Source: Gammaproteobacteria bacterium
GTDB lineage: Bacteria > Pseudomonadota > Gammaproteobacteria > SZUA-140
Length of the DNA stretch: 64,000 nucleotides
Direction: 5' to 3'
NCBI GenBank assembly: GCA_016218365.1
Contig: JACREF010000019.1
Span: 4,543 to 68,542, forward strand
Positions 9,378 through 19,361 of the stretch are shown piece after piece. Under the pieces are notes generated by a model. That model did not search any database. It was given only the letters and a program-made list of their open reading frames with translations, and was not told the origin of the DNA. The translations under genes were made by a program, and so were the position numbers. Numbering within the stretch: position 1 is the first letter of the stretch; every line of letters starts with the position of its first letter.

Positions 9378-10754
9378 TCACAGACAGTCAAGCACCTCCG
9401 CCAGCCTGGACACCGGCACGATCTCAACACCTTCCACGGCGCGACGCGGGGCATTGGCCTTGGGCAGGATGACGCGTTTGAAGCCGTGTTGCACTGCCTC
9501 GCGCAGCCGCTCCTCACCGCCCTGCACCGGACGGATCTCACCTGCCAGGCCGACCTCGCCAAACACCACTGTATCATTCGATATCGTCCGGTCACGCAGG
9601 CTCGATAACGCGGCCAGCAATACCGCCAGATCTGCGGCTGTCTCGGTGACACGCACACCGCCGACAACATTGACGAACACATCCTGGTCATACATCACCA
9701 CACCGGCGTGACGCTGCAACACTGCCAGCAACATCGCCAGCCGGTTCTGATCCAGCCCCACGGCGACGCGGCGCGGATTGCTGGCATGACTCTCGGCAAC
9801 CAGCGCCTGCACCTCGACCAACAACGGCCGGCTGCCCTCGCGGGTGACCATGATCACGCTGCCCGGAACCGGCTGTTCGTGACGCGACACGAAGATTGCC
9901 GAAGGATTACTGACCTCACGCAAGCCGCGATCCGTCATGGCAAAGACACCGACCTCGTTGACGGCACCGAAACGATTCTTGACCGCGCGAATGACGCGAT
10001 AGCGGCTGCTGCCATCACCTTCGAAATACAGCACGGTGTCGACCATATGCTCGAGCACCCGCGGACCGGCCAGCGCACCTTCCTTGGTCACATGCCCGAC
10101 GAGAAACAATGCGGTACCGGTCTGCTTGGCAAACTGCACCAGCTGAGCCGCGCATTCGCGCACCTGACTGACGGCACCGGGCGTCGATTGCACCTCACTG
10201 GTATACACGGTCTGGATCGAATCGATGACGATGACCTTGGGCTGCTCCTGTATCGCCAGGGCCAGGATCCGTTCGACCTGGGTCTCCGACAGCAGGCGCA
10301 ATCGGGCGGACGGGACACCCAGACGCTGCGCCCGCAGGCTGACCTGCTGCAGCGATTCCTCACCGGTGACATACAACGTCGGCAGGCGCTCACTGAGCGC
10401 CGCCATCGTCTGCTGCAGCAATGTCGACTTGCCAATACCCGGGTCACCGCCGATCAGGATCACCGAACCATGCACCATGCCGCCCCCCAGCACCCGGTCG
10501 AGCTCGGAGAAGCCGGTCGCGGTCCTGACCTCGACCAGCGATTCGATATCCGCCATGGTGTGGATCTGCGGCTCACCGGCATAACCGGTGAAACGCGCAT
10601 TGCGCGGGCTGCGTGGCAGCGCCACATCCTCGATCATCGCATTCCATGCCCCGCAGCTGCCGCACTGCCCGGCCCACTTGTTGCTCTGGGCGCCGCATTC
10701 AGTACAGCTGTAGATGGTCTTGGCGCGGCCACCGCGCGGTTTGACGGTGTTCAC
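9378..10754 (-). CDS. radA: DNA repair protein RadA/Sms
   Basis: Zn-finger 'CTECGAQSNKWAGQCGSCGAWN', Walker A 'GDPGIGKST', 'KNRFG' and a Lon-like C-terminal domain. Confidence 0.95.
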   Translation of the reverse strand: MNTVKPRGGRAKTIYSCTECGAQSNKWAGQCGSCGAWNAMIEDVALPRSPRNARFTGYAGEPQIHTMADIESLVEVRTATGFSELDRVLGGGMVHGSVILIGGDPGIGKSTLLQQTMAALSERLPTLYVTGEESLQQVSLRAQRLGVPSARLRLLSETQVERILALAIQEQPKVIVIDSIQTVYTSEVQSTPGAVSQVRECAAQLVQFAKQTGTALFLVGHVTKEGALAGPRVLEHMVDTVLYFEGDGSSRYRVIRAVKNRFGAVNEVGVFAMTDRGLREVSNPSAIFVSRHEQPVPGSVIMVTREGSRPLLVEVQALVAESHASNPRRVAVGLDQNRLAMLLAVLQRHAGVVMYDQDVFVNVVGGVRVTETAADLAVLLAALSSLRDRTISNDTVVFGEVGLAGEIRPVQGGEERLREAVQHGFKRVILPKANAPRRAVEGVEIVPVSRLAEVLDCL

Positions 10755-11836
10755 CCTCGCACCTCAATCCGGCGCACCCGCGCCGCGATACCACAGGTCA
10801 GCTCATAGGGAATACGTCCGGCAGCCCGCGCAATCTGCTCGACCGCCAGTCCCCGCCCCCATAATGTCACATCATCACCAACACGTGCATCGCTGTGGGT
10901 ACGCAGATCGACCGCCAGCATATCCATCGAAACCCGGCCGATCACCGGCACCTGATGACCGTTGACCAGCACGGTGGTGCCGGCGCCGATACCGCGCGGA
11001 TAGCCGTCACCGTAACCGATGGCAACAATGCCAACCGGCATATTGTCAGGACAGACCCAGCTACCGCCATAACCGATGCGCTCACCACTGCGGCATTCCT
11101 GCAGTGCAATCAGACGGGAACGCAAGGTCATCACTGGCCGCAGATCGTGATCAGCAGCCAGCGTATCGGTGAACGGTGACATGCCATACAGCATCAATCC
11201 AGGACGTACCCAGTCAGCATGACACTGCGGCCAGCCCAGCACCCCGGCCGAATTGGCGATACTCAATGGCAGGTCATAACCGCGCACTGCCCCCTGGAAG
11301 ACCTCCAGCTGTTTCAAGGTCGCCGGATCCTGACGATCATCGGCACTCGCCAGATGCGTCATCAGCACCACCGACTCCATGTTGACCTTGCCGCTGGCCC
11401 GTAATCGCGCCCACACCTCTGCAAGTTGCGCCGGGCGAAATCCGAGCCGGTTCATGCCGGTGTTGAGCTTGATCCACAACCGGATCGGGGCATAGGGGTC
11501 GCTGGCCTCAAGCACCTGCAGCTGGGAGCGGTGGTGCAACACCACCGTCAGGTCATGGTCGGCAATAACAGACAGCTCCTCGCGCCCGAAATAACCGCTG
11601 AGCATGACGATGGTCTTGCGGATGCCGGAATTGCGCAATGCCAGCGCCTCTTCGAGGCAGGCGACGGCAAAACCGTCCGCCTCGCCCAGCGCACGTGCCG
11701 TGGCCACCATGCCATGGCCGTAACCATTATCCTTGATCACCGCCAGCACCCTGGACCGTGGTGCGCACTGCCGTACCCGTTGGAAATTGTGTCGCAGGGC
11801 CTGTGGATCGAGCATGACCTGGGCAGCCCGCGTCAT
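10751..11836 (-). CDS. alr: Alanine racemase
   Basis: PLP-lysine motif 'AVIKDNGYGHG'. 361 aa. 4-nt overlaps with both neighbours. Confidence 0.92.
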   Translation of the reverse strand: MTRAAQVMLDPQALRHNFQRVRQCAPRSRVLAVIKDNGYGHGMVATARALGEADGFAVACLEEALALRNSGIRKTIVMLSGYFGREELSVIADHDLTVVLHHRSQLQVLEASDPYAPIRLWIKLNTGMNRLGFRPAQLAEVWARLRASGKVNMESVVLMTHLASADDRQDPATLKQLEVFQGAVRGYDLPLSIANSAGVLGWPQCHADWVRPGLMLYGMSPFTDTLAADHDLRPVMTLRSRLIALQECRSGERIGYGGSWVCPDNMPVGIVAIGYGDGYPRGIGAGTTVLVNGHQVPVIGRVSMDMLAVDLRTHSDARVGDDVTLWGRGLAVEQIARAAGRIPYELTCGIAARVRRIEVRG

Positions 11837-13266
11837 TCAAAGCCCCGGTACGTGCTCTCGCTGATGTAATTCTCGAAGCGGGTGTACTGGCCGAGGAAGG
11901 TCAGGCGCACAGTACCGATCGGACCGTTACGTTGCTTGCCGATGATGATCTCGGCAATCCCCTTGTCCGGACTGTCTTCATTGTAGACTTCGTCGCGGTA
12001 GATAAACATGATCAGGTCGGCATCCTGCTCGATGGCACCGGACTCACGCAGATCCGACATCTGCGGCCGTTTGTTCGGGCGCTGCTCGAGACTGCGGTTC
12101 AACTGTGACAACGCGATCACCGGTACCTTCAGCTCCTTGGCCAGCGACTTGATATTGCGTGAGATCTCGGAGATCTCGTTGGTGCGGTTTTCCTTATGCC
12201 CCGGGATCTGCATCAGCTGCAGGTAATCGATGACGATCAGGCCAAGCCGCTTGGGCTCACCACCCTCGACCACCGGCTCACGCTCCAGATCACGCATGAT
12301 GCGTCGCGCCTTGGCGCGCAGCTCATTGGGTGTCAGCGCCGGGGTGTCGTCAATAAACAACCGCGCATCACCGAGCAGGTTCATCGCCGAGGTCAATCGC
12401 GGCCAGTCATCGCTGCCGAGTTTGCCGGTGCGGACCCGGTTCTGGTCGACATGCCCCAGTGATGACAGCATACGCATCACCAGCTGCTCGGAGGGCATTT
12501 CCATACTGAAGATTGCCACCGGCAGCCGGCTCTTGATTGCGGCCTCTTCGGCCAGGTTCATCGCAAAACTGGTCTTGCCCATCGACGGCCGTCCCGCCAC
12601 GATCACCATATCGCCGGGTTGCAGGCCGGAGGTCATGTTATCGAGATCCTTGTAACCGGTCGACACACCGGTGATCGATCCCTCCATCGACGACAGCTTG
12701 TCAATGCGATCAACGACCTTGACCAGCAGATCCTTGACCGATTCAAAACCCTTGCCACCACGTGCCTGCTGCTCGGCAATATTGAACACCAGTGATTCGG
12801 CATGGTCGAGGATCTCGGCGCTGTTGCGTCCCTCCGGATTGAATGCGCTGTCGCCAATCTCGGTGCTGACGTGGACCAGCTGACGCAGGATCGAACGCTC
12901 GCGGACGATGCCGGCATAGGTGCGGATATTGGCAGCGCTGGGCACATTACGCACCAGACTGCCGAGATAAGGCTGGCCACCGGCCTCGGCCAGCAGATTA
13001 CGCTTCTCCAGCCATTCCGAGACCGTGACCAGATCAAGCGGGTGATTATCGGCCGCCAGTTGGTCCAGCGCCCGAAAGACCAGGCGATGATCCTTGCGAT
13101 AGAAATCCTCTTCGGTGAGGATCTCGGCGACCGTATCCCAGGTCTTGTTGTCGAGCATCAGCCCGCCGAGCACGGATTGCTCGGCGTCTGTAGAGTGGGG
13201 CGGTATCCGTTTCAGCGCGTCACTGATGGTTGATTCCGTGCCGCTGACTTTCACCACTTCCCGCAT
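11833..13266 (-). CDS. dnaB: Replicative DNA helicase DnaB
   Basis: 'PPHSTDAEQSVLGG' N-domain and Walker A 'GRPSMGKTSFAMN'. 477 aa, no intein. Confidence 0.96.
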   Translation of the reverse strand: MREVVKVSGTESTISDALKRIPPHSTDAEQSVLGGLMLDNKTWDTVAEILTEEDFYRKDHRLVFRALDQLAADNHPLDLVTVSEWLEKRNLLAEAGGQPYLGSLVRNVPSAANIRTYAGIVRERSILRQLVHVSTEIGDSAFNPEGRNSAEILDHAESLVFNIAEQQARGGKGFESVKDLLVKVVDRIDKLSSMEGSITGVSTGYKDLDNMTSGLQPGDMVIVAGRPSMGKTSFAMNLAEEAAIKSRLPVAIFSMEMPSEQLVMRMLSSLGHVDQNRVRTGKLGSDDWPRLTSAMNLLGDARLFIDDTPALTPNELRAKARRIMRDLEREPVVEGGEPKRLGLIVIDYLQLMQIPGHKENRTNEISEISRNIKSLAKELKVPVIALSQLNRSLEQRPNKRPQMSDLRESGAIEQDADLIMFIYRDEVYNEDSPDKGIAEIIIGKQRNGPIGTVRLTFLGQYTRFENYISESTYRGFE

Positions 13267-13290
13267 GACGGGCTCACAGCCTCATAACAG

Positions 13291-13749
13291 TTATTCTGCC
13301 TCGGCAGCGATGACGATCTTGACGGTCACATTGACCTCGGGATGCAGATGCAGCTCGATATCGTATTCACCGGTCTGACGCAGCGCACCGGCAGGCAGAC
13401 GTACCTCCTGCTTGGCGACAACGCCCTTGCCACCGGCGCTGATCGCGTCGGAGATCTCGCGGGTACCGACGGAACCGAACAACTTGCCTTCTTCACCCGC
13501 ACGGTGGCTGATGCTAATGACGGCCAGCGTCGACAGCGCAGCAGCGCGGCCCTGCGCCTCGCTCAATGCTTCCCGGGCGACCTTTTCGAATTCAGCGCGG
13601 CGCTTTTCGAAATCGACACGGTTCTTTTCGTTGGCGATGACCGCACGCCCCTGCGGAATCAGGAAATTTCTGCCAAACCCCGGCTTGACCTTGACGATGT
13701 CGCCGATATTGCCGAGATTTTCCACCTTGTTGAGCAGTATTACATTCAT
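13291..13749 (-). CDS. rplI: 50S ribosomal protein L9
   Basis: 'MNVILLNKVENLGNIGDIVKVKPGFGRNFLIPQGRA'. Confidence 0.96.
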   Translation of the reverse strand: MNVILLNKVENLGNIGDIVKVKPGFGRNFLIPQGRAVIANEKNRVDFEKRRAEFEKVAREALSEAQGRAAALSTLAVISISHRAGEEGKLFGSVGTREISDAISAGGKGVVAKQEVRLPAGALRQTGEYDIELHLHPEVNVTVKIVIAAEAE

Positions 13750-13767
13750 CTCTAGTCACCTCTTGTC

Positions 13768-14066
13768 TTAAGGAAGCTCTGAATAATTCCATCCTGGAAT
13801 TCTCAGAGCACGGAAAACGGAAAACGTGATTTTCACTTTCCTTCACTACAATGACCTACCGTCATTGTAGTGGCGGCACATCCGTGTGCCGCAGGAACCT
13901 CTGAATTGATCAGAGGTTCCTTAAAAAAGCCCTGATCAATTCCATCCTGGAATTTCCATGGCACGGAAAACGGAAAACGTGGTTTTCGTTTTCCTTCGTC
14001 GTCAATGACAGCGGGTCATTGACGATGGCGTCATGTCCCTGTGCCGCGCAGCGCGTCCCACTAACA
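13768..14066. repeat. Two diverged tandem copies (about 155 nt each) of a hairpin-rich repeat module; the first is bounded by TTAAGGAA..TTCCTTAA inverted termini
   Basis: Copy 1 is 13768-13924 and copy 2 is about 13925-14066. Shared blocks are ATTCCATCCTGGAAT and CACGGAAAACGGAAAACGTG. Perfect stems lie at 13845-13871, 13873-13892, 13893-13921 and 13999-14025. Confidence 0.85.
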
Positions 14067-15041
14067 TCAATTCATCTGGTCTGTCGGTCCGTCACCCTGT
14101 CCGCGGCCATCACCTGGAGGCGGCATACTACCCCAACGTGCCCGGAAATCCAGCCAGCTATCGGTCAAGCCGAGGGCCGCCAGTGTCACCATCGCCTGCG
14201 GCGCCAGCAGCAACATCAGCACATAGGCCCCGACCAGCCAGCCGACATGGGCCTTGTAGTGATCGATCATTGCATGCAACAAGGCCAGACCCTGCAGCGA
14301 AAACACCGCAACCACCAGCACCACCAGATTGCCGGCCAGCGATGACATCGCCTTGCCACCCAGCATACTGAAGGCAATGATGATCAGCGCCACGATCGTC
14401 GCCACTCGCCCGAGCCGCAAGCGCAAAAACTCGGCACGAAAACCGCCGGGATTAAACAGCAGCGACTGCCACCAGCGCGCGATCATCAGATTGATCATGA
14501 TACTATAAACTATCATCGCCGCCACCAGACCGGTCATGACCTCGGCCATGTTTTCCAGCAGCTTTTTCAGCTCGGCCTCGGGCATCGTCGTCCGCAGATC
14601 GGCCAGTAACGGCATCAGCACCGCCTCCAGCAGACGGGTCCACCAGCCGGTCACATCATCAATGATGATATACATCATCAGGATACCGGACAGACCAATC
14701 CCGGCAGCAATCGCCAGCGCCGCGCCATAATCCCGTCGCTGACGGTGCACCGCAGCGATAATGACCGCCGGCAACCACACCACCGCCCCCATCGCCACCA
14801 GGAAGGTGGTGACCACCTCATGCTGCAGCGTCGAGACCAGGCCGAGGCCGGCCAGCACCAGCAAGGCACCGCAGGCAACGATGATGCCCTCGGCGGCGCC
14901 ATTGCGCAGCGTCACCAGACTGACGATCGCACCACTGATATGACCAAGCAATGGCAACAGCAGCGACAGCACCGCGGCCACGATCGCAGACAGCATCGCG
15001 TGCCAGCGACCTCGCAGGATAAAGGAAACAAATGCGCGCAT
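14067..15041 (-). CDS. Polytopic inner-membrane protein (DUF2232-like) embedded in the rpsF operon
   Basis: 324 aa and strongly hydrophobic throughout. It occupies the same position (rpsR-X-rplI) as the membrane protein in the Pseudomonas rpsF-rpsR-X-rplI-dnaB cluster. Confidence 0.7.
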   Translation of the reverse strand: MRAFVSFILRGRWHAMLSAIVAAVLSLLLPLLGHISGAIVSLVTLRNGAAEGIIVACGALLVLAGLGLVSTLQHEVVTTFLVAMGAVVWLPAVIIAAVHRQRRDYGAALAIAAGIGLSGILMMYIIIDDVTGWWTRLLEAVLMPLLADLRTTMPEAELKKLLENMAEVMTGLVAAMIVYSIMINLMIARWWQSLLFNPGGFRAEFLRLRLGRVATIVALIIIAFSMLGGKAMSSLAGNLVVLVVAVFSLQGLALLHAMIDHYKAHVGWLVGAYVLMLLLAPQAMVTLAALGLTDSWLDFRARWGSMPPPGDGRGQGDGPTDQMN

Positions 15042-15114
15042 GGTGTCCTGTCGTCGACTGCTGTCTAGGCGCCACCCGGCTTATCGGGTGACGCAGGCCC
15101 ATCCAGTCCCCGTC

Positions 15115-15339
15115 TTAGTGGGCGTCGCAGTATGGCAGCAGCGCCAGAAAACGGGCACGCTTGATCGCCGTCGCCAGCTGCCGCTGATAACGGGCATTGG
15201 TCCCGGTGATACGGCTCGGCACGATCTTGCCGGTCTCCGAGACATAGCCCTTCAGCGTGTTGATGTCCTTGTAATCGATTTGCTTGACACCGTCGGCGGT
15301 GAAGCGGCAAAAACGCTTGCGTCTGAAATACCTTGCCAT
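15115..15339 (-). CDS. rpsR: 30S ribosomal protein S18
   Basis: '[46 protein letters not shown]'. Confidence 0.96.
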   Translation of the reverse strand: MARYFRRKRFCRFTADGVKQIDYKDINTLKGYVSETGKIVPSRITGTNARYQRQLATAIKRARFLALLPYCDAH

Positions 15340-15406
15340 GCTCAGTCTCTCCTGATCAGATCAGTTGCAGTTTGGTTGATGTGGACAGCGCCGTAGCGAC
15401 CTGGAT

Positions 15407-15787
15407 TCAGGCCACTTCTTCGACGAAGCTGCGACGTTCCTCGCTGCCGCTGTCACGCTCATCGCGTGTCGACTGCTTCAGCATTGGCGATTGTTCGGTA
15501 ACCGCCTCATCACAGCTGACCACCAGATTGCGGATCACTGCATCGTTGAAACGGAAGGCGTTGGTCAGCTCTTTAAGCGTGTCACCATCGCATTCGATAT
15601 TCATCAGCACATAATGCGCCTTGTGAACCTTGCTGATCGGATAGGACAGCTGACGGCGGCCCCAGTCCTCGAGACGGTGGATGACGCCACCCTTGCCAGT
15701 GATCGTCGCACGGTAGCGTTCGATCATCGCAGGTACCTGCGGACTCTGGTCAGGATGGACCAGAAATACAATTTCATAATGCCTCAT
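15407..15787 (-). CDS. rpsF: 30S ribosomal protein S6
   Basis: '[15 protein letters not shown]' at the ATG at 15787. The ORF-track start at 15940 is an upstream extension. Confidence 0.95.
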   Translation of the reverse strand: MRHYEIVFLVHPDQSPQVPAMIERYRATITGKGGVIHRLEDWGRRQLSYPISKVHKAHYVLMNIECDGDTLKELTNAFRFNDAVIRNLVVSCDEAVTEQSPMLKQSTRDERDSGSEERRSFVEEVA

Positions 15788-15887
15788 TGAAGCTCCCTGT
15801 GGATTAGCAGCCTTCCGCACCATGCGGTAAGGCAAGGAGAAGCCCGCCGGTTCTGCCAGGCTCAGCCAGCCACCGTCGGGAGGCAAA

Positions 15888-15916
15888 ATTGTAGCCAAGT
15901 CAGTGACAAAAGACAA
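15888..15916 (-). promoter_or_regulatory. Candidate sigma70 promoter of the rpsF operon
   Basis: On the minus strand: TTGTCT, 17 nt, TACAAT, about 100 nt upstream of the rpsF ATG. Confidence 0.35.
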
Positions 15917-15960
15917 GCGTCGCCCCACAACGCAACACACCCGAGCCGACCCGCATCCCC

Positions 15961-16710
15961 CTAACCGGCCTGTCCCAGGCGTTGACGGCGCGCCTCGAAC
16001 AAACAGACCCCGGTCGCCACCGAGACATTCAGACTGCTGACCGTCCCGGCCATCGGGATCACCGCCACATGGTCGCAGTGCTCGCGCGTCAGCCGCCGCA
16101 ACCCGCCGCCCTCAGCCCCCAGCACCAGCGCCAGCGGACCGGTCAGATCCATGTCGAACAGCGTCTGTTCGCCACGCTCATCAAGCCCGACCAGCCAGAT
16201 GCCGCGCTGCTGCAGGTCGCGCAGCACCCGGGCCAGATTGGTGACCTGGAAAAACGGCACCGCCTCAGCGGCACCGCAGGCGACCTTGCTGACGATGTCG
16301 GTGATGCCGGTCGCGCGATCCTTGGGTACGATCACGGCGTGGACCCCGGCGGCATCGGCGCTACGCAGGCAGGCCCCGAGGTTGTGCGGGTCCTGGACAC
16401 CGTCGAGCACCAGCAGAAACGGGGCCTCCGTCAGGCTGTCCAGCACACCATCCAGGTCCTGATCAGACAGGCGCTCCGCCCCATGACTCCAGGCGACGAC
16501 CCCCTGATGGCGCTGTCCGGCGGACTGGGCATCCAACTCATCCCGGCTGCGCCATTCGATGGCCACACCGGCTGCGCTCGCCTGCTCAGCCAGCTTGGCC
16601 AACCGGGTCGACAGATCGCCCTTTACCAGCCACAGCTGACGCAGCCGGGACGGATCTCGCGTCAGCAGCGCCTCGACGGCATGGATGCCGAACAGTCGCT
16701 GCTCGCTCAT
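15961..16710 (-). CDS. rlmB: 23S rRNA (guanosine-2'-O)-methyltransferase RlmB (SpoU/TrmH family)
   Basis: SpoU substrate-binding N-domain plus TrmH motifs ('[11 protein letters not shown]', '[10 protein letters not shown]', '[15 protein letters not shown]'). Located downstream of rnr with an ATGA overlap. Confidence 0.9.
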   Translation of the reverse strand: MSEQRLFGIHAVEALLTRDPSRLRQLWLVKGDLSTRLAKLAEQASAAGVAIEWRSRDELDAQSAGQRHQGVVAWSHGAERLSDQDLDGVLDSLTEAPFLLVLDGVQDPHNLGACLRSADAAGVHAVIVPKDRATGITDIVSKVACGAAEAVPFFQVTNLARVLRDLQQRGIWLVGLDERGEQTLFDMDLTGPLALVLGAEGGGLRRLTREHCDHVAVIPMAGTVSSLNVSVATGVCLFEARRQRLGQAG

Positions 16711-18986
16711 GCCTTTTTCTTGCGGCGCGGGCGGCGCTTCGGTTTCTTGTCCTCGATCGTTTCACGCGCCAGCACAAAGTCGATCTTGCGCTCATCGAGA
16801 TCGACACGCGACACCTTGACACGGATCCGGTCGCCGAGACGATACACCTTGCCGAGGCGATCACCGGTCATGCGGTGCCTGACCGGGTCGAAGTGATAAT
16901 AGTCATTGTCGAGCTCGGTGATGTGCACCAGACCTTCGACAAACACCTCCTCGAGTTCAACGAACAGGCCGAAGCTGGTCACCGAACTGATGAAACCGGG
17001 ATATTCCACACCGACCTTGTCCTGCATGTATTCGCACTTGAGGCTCAGTACCGCCTCGCGCGTTGCCTCATCGGCGCGGCGTTCGGTCATCGAGGTGTGA
17101 TCGCCGAGCGACTTCATCACGGCGCCCCCGGCATAGAAGGCCTTGACCTTGCCGCCGGACAACAGATGACGGATCGCGCGATGCACCACCAGGTCCGGGT
17201 AACGACGGATCGGCGAGGTAAAATGGGTATAGGCCTCAAGCGCCAGCCCGAAATGTCCGATGTTCTCCGGGCTGTACATCGCTTGGCTCAGGCTACGCAA
17301 CATCACCGTCTCGATCAGATGGCGATCCGGTCGCTGGGCCACCGATCCGATCAGCCGGGCATAGTCCACGGCACGCGGCTTCTTGCCGCCGGCCAGTTTC
17401 AACCCCAGCTCGGACAAAAACTCCCGCACGTCATCGAGCTTGTCGGCCGACGGCTCCTGATGGATACGGTACACCGCCGGGATCTCGTGCTTGAGCAGGT
17501 ATTCGGCCGCGGCGATATTGGCCGAGATCATGAACTCCTCGATCATGCGATGGGCATCGTTGCGCACCAGCGGCACGATGCTGCTGATCTTACGCCCCTC
17601 GCCAAACACGATCTTGGTCTCGGTGCGGTCAAAGTCGATCGCACCGCGCTGCTCGCGCGAACCACGCAAGGCCTGATATAAATCATGCAGGGCCTGCAAG
17701 GCCGGCAGCAGATGCTGATACTCAGTACGCAATGCCTGATCACCGTCGATCAATATCTTCGCGACCTTGGTATAGGTCAACCGCGCATGCGAACGCATGA
17801 CGCCCTCGAAGAAACGGTAATCGCCGATCTGCCCGGCCTCATCGATGGTCATCTCGCAGCACAAGCACAATCGGTCAACCGCCGGGTTCAGCGAACACAG
17901 CTCGTTGGACAGGATCTCCGGCAGCATCGGGATCACGTTCTGCGGGAAATACACCGAGTTGCCACGCTCATAGGCCTCACGGTCCAGCGCGGTCCCCGGC
18001 TTCACATAACTGGAGACATCGGCGATCGCAACGATCAGCCGCCAGCCAGCGCCCTGACGCTCACAGAACACCGCATCATCGAAATCGCGCGAGTCCTCAC
18101 CATCGATGGTCACCAGTGGCAATGCGCGCACATCCTGGCGGCCGGCATGGGCCGAGGACGGTATCTCGGGCGTCAGCCCGGCGATCTCGGCCTGCACCTC
18201 TGGCGACCAGGCATGCGGCAACTGGTGGGAGCGGATCGCCACCTCGATCTCCATGCCCGGCGCCAGGTGATCGCCCAGCACCTCGATGACCCGGCCCAGG
18301 GCCTGGGTACGCTGCGTCGGCTGCTCGGTGATCTCGATGACAACGACCTGGCCATTGCTGACCCCCATCTGCCCCTCAGGCGGGATCACCACATCCTGGC
18401 TGACCCGCTTGTTGTCAGCCACGACGAAGCCGACGCTGCCCTCGCGGTGAAACCTGCCGACCAGCTGTCTGGTGTTGCGCTCCAGCACCTCGACGATATT
18501 GCCTTCGCGCCGGCCACGCCGATCGACACCGATGACCTGGGCCATTGCACGATCACCGTGGAACACCGCCCGCATCTGCTTGGCAGTCAGGAACAGGTCG
18601 TCACCGCCATCATCCGGTATCAGAAAGCCGAAACCATCCGGGTGACCGGTGACACGGCCGCTGACCAGGTCCATCTTTTTTGCCACGCCATAACTGCCGC
18701 GGCGATTGCACACCAGCTGGCCGTCACGCTCCATCGCCCGCAGCCGGCGGCGCAGGGCCTCCAGGGTATCCTCTTCCGTGATATCAAAGGCTTCCGCGAT
18801 CTGGCGTTGGCCTACCGGCTGACCTGCAGACTCCAGAAAGCCCAGGATCGATTCACGGCTGACGATCGGACGTTCATATTTGGCGGCCTCGCGGTCCAGG
18901 TACGGGTCCACCACGGCATCCTTTTTGTTTTTTTCCACCAATTCCTCACAGTTACGGGGACGTTTTAAGATTGACATTATACCCAT
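16707..18986 (-). CDS. rnr: Ribonuclease R
   Basis: Cold-shock-like N-domains, RNB catalytic region ('SRDFDDAVFCE'), S1 domain and a basic K/R tail. 759 aa. Confidence 0.94.
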   Translation of the reverse strand: MGIMSILKRPRNCEELVEKNKKDAVVDPYLDREAAKYERPIVSRESILGFLESAGQPVGQRQIAEAFDITEEDTLEALRRRLRAMERDGQLVCNRRGSYGVAKKMDLVSGRVTGHPDGFGFLIPDDGGDDLFLTAKQMRAVFHGDRAMAQVIGVDRRGRREGNIVEVLERNTRQLVGRFHREGSVGFVVADNKRVSQDVVIPPEGQMGVSNGQVVVIEITEQPTQRTQALGRVIEVLGDHLAPGMEIEVAIRSHQLPHAWSPEVQAEIAGLTPEIPSSAHAGRQDVRALPLVTIDGEDSRDFDDAVFCERQGAGWRLIVAIADVSSYVKPGTALDREAYERGNSVYFPQNVIPMLPEILSNELCSLNPAVDRLCLCCEMTIDEAGQIGDYRFFEGVMRSHARLTYTKVAKILIDGDQALRTEYQHLLPALQALHDLYQALRGSREQRGAIDFDRTETKIVFGEGRKISSIVPLVRNDAHRMIEEFMISANIAAAEYLLKHEIPAVYRIHQEPSADKLDDVREFLSELGLKLAGGKKPRAVDYARLIGSVAQRPDRHLIETVMLRSLSQAMYSPENIGHFGLALEAYTHFTSPIRRYPDLVVHRAIRHLLSGGKVKAFYAGGAVMKSLGDHTSMTERRADEATREAVLSLKCEYMQDKVGVEYPGFISSVTSFGLFVELEEVFVEGLVHITELDNDYYHFDPVRHRMTGDRLGKVYRLGDRIRVKVSRVDLDERKIDFVLARETIEDKKPKRRPRRKKKA

Positions 18987-19035
18987 ATCTGGCTAAAGTG
19001 CGCGTCTTTCCGGTGATGCAGAGACTCACCGGGCT

Positions 19036-19122
19036 GCCGAGGTGGCGAAATTGGTAGACGCACTAGCTTCAGGTGCTAGCGGGGGCAACCCCGTGGAGGT
19101 TCAAGTCCTCTCCTCGGCACCA
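19036..19122 (+). tRNA. tRNA-Leu (anticodon CAG), class II with long variable arm, CCA encoded
   Basis: GCCGAGG/CCTCGGC acceptor stem, anticodon stem CTAGC/GCTAG with loop TTCAGGT, T-loop GGAGGTTCAAGTCCTCT. Confidence 0.93.
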
Positions 19123-19361
19123 TCATTACGTTTTTAGTTGCCCCAAATTTTTTGCTCAATTAACAAGCATGCCCAAGCTGTTAATTGAATTGAGTTATCT
19201 ACTCAAACCTTAACTCTCAGTTAAGGCAGAATCTTAGGCGGAACTTTACACTTTTGCAGACCGTCTGTACCGAGACGATGGCCGGATCAGCAATGGTGAA
19301 AAATTGCTCAATCACCAGAGATGACCATCTGCTTGTTAACTAGAAAATTAAGGAGTTCATC

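Noticed and set aside
13786-13997. Repeated ATTCCATCCTGGAAT...CACGGAAAACGGAAAACGTG blocks considered as a mini CRISPR array.
   Set aside because: There are only two copies about 153 nt apart. The whole intervening sequence is also homologous, so this is a tandem module and not repeat-spacer. No cas genes are present.
15788-15940. Upstream extensions of rpsF (from 15940). The same issue applies to the response regulator (from 21711), hflC (from 29581), accA (from 54580), csrA (from 51913), the Cys-rich protein (from 47423) and the MCO (from 63115).
   Set aside because: In each case the conserved family N-terminus begins at an internal ATG with a better RBS or operon junction. The extensions are non-conserved and run into neighbouring genes or promoters.
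19123-19361. Possible integrated element 3' of tRNA-Leu, suggested by the low-GC patch with inverted repeats.
   Set aside because: The patch is only about 240 nt, has no ORF and shows no repeat of the tRNA end. It is more economically explained as a promoter/operator region for the small secreted protein gene.
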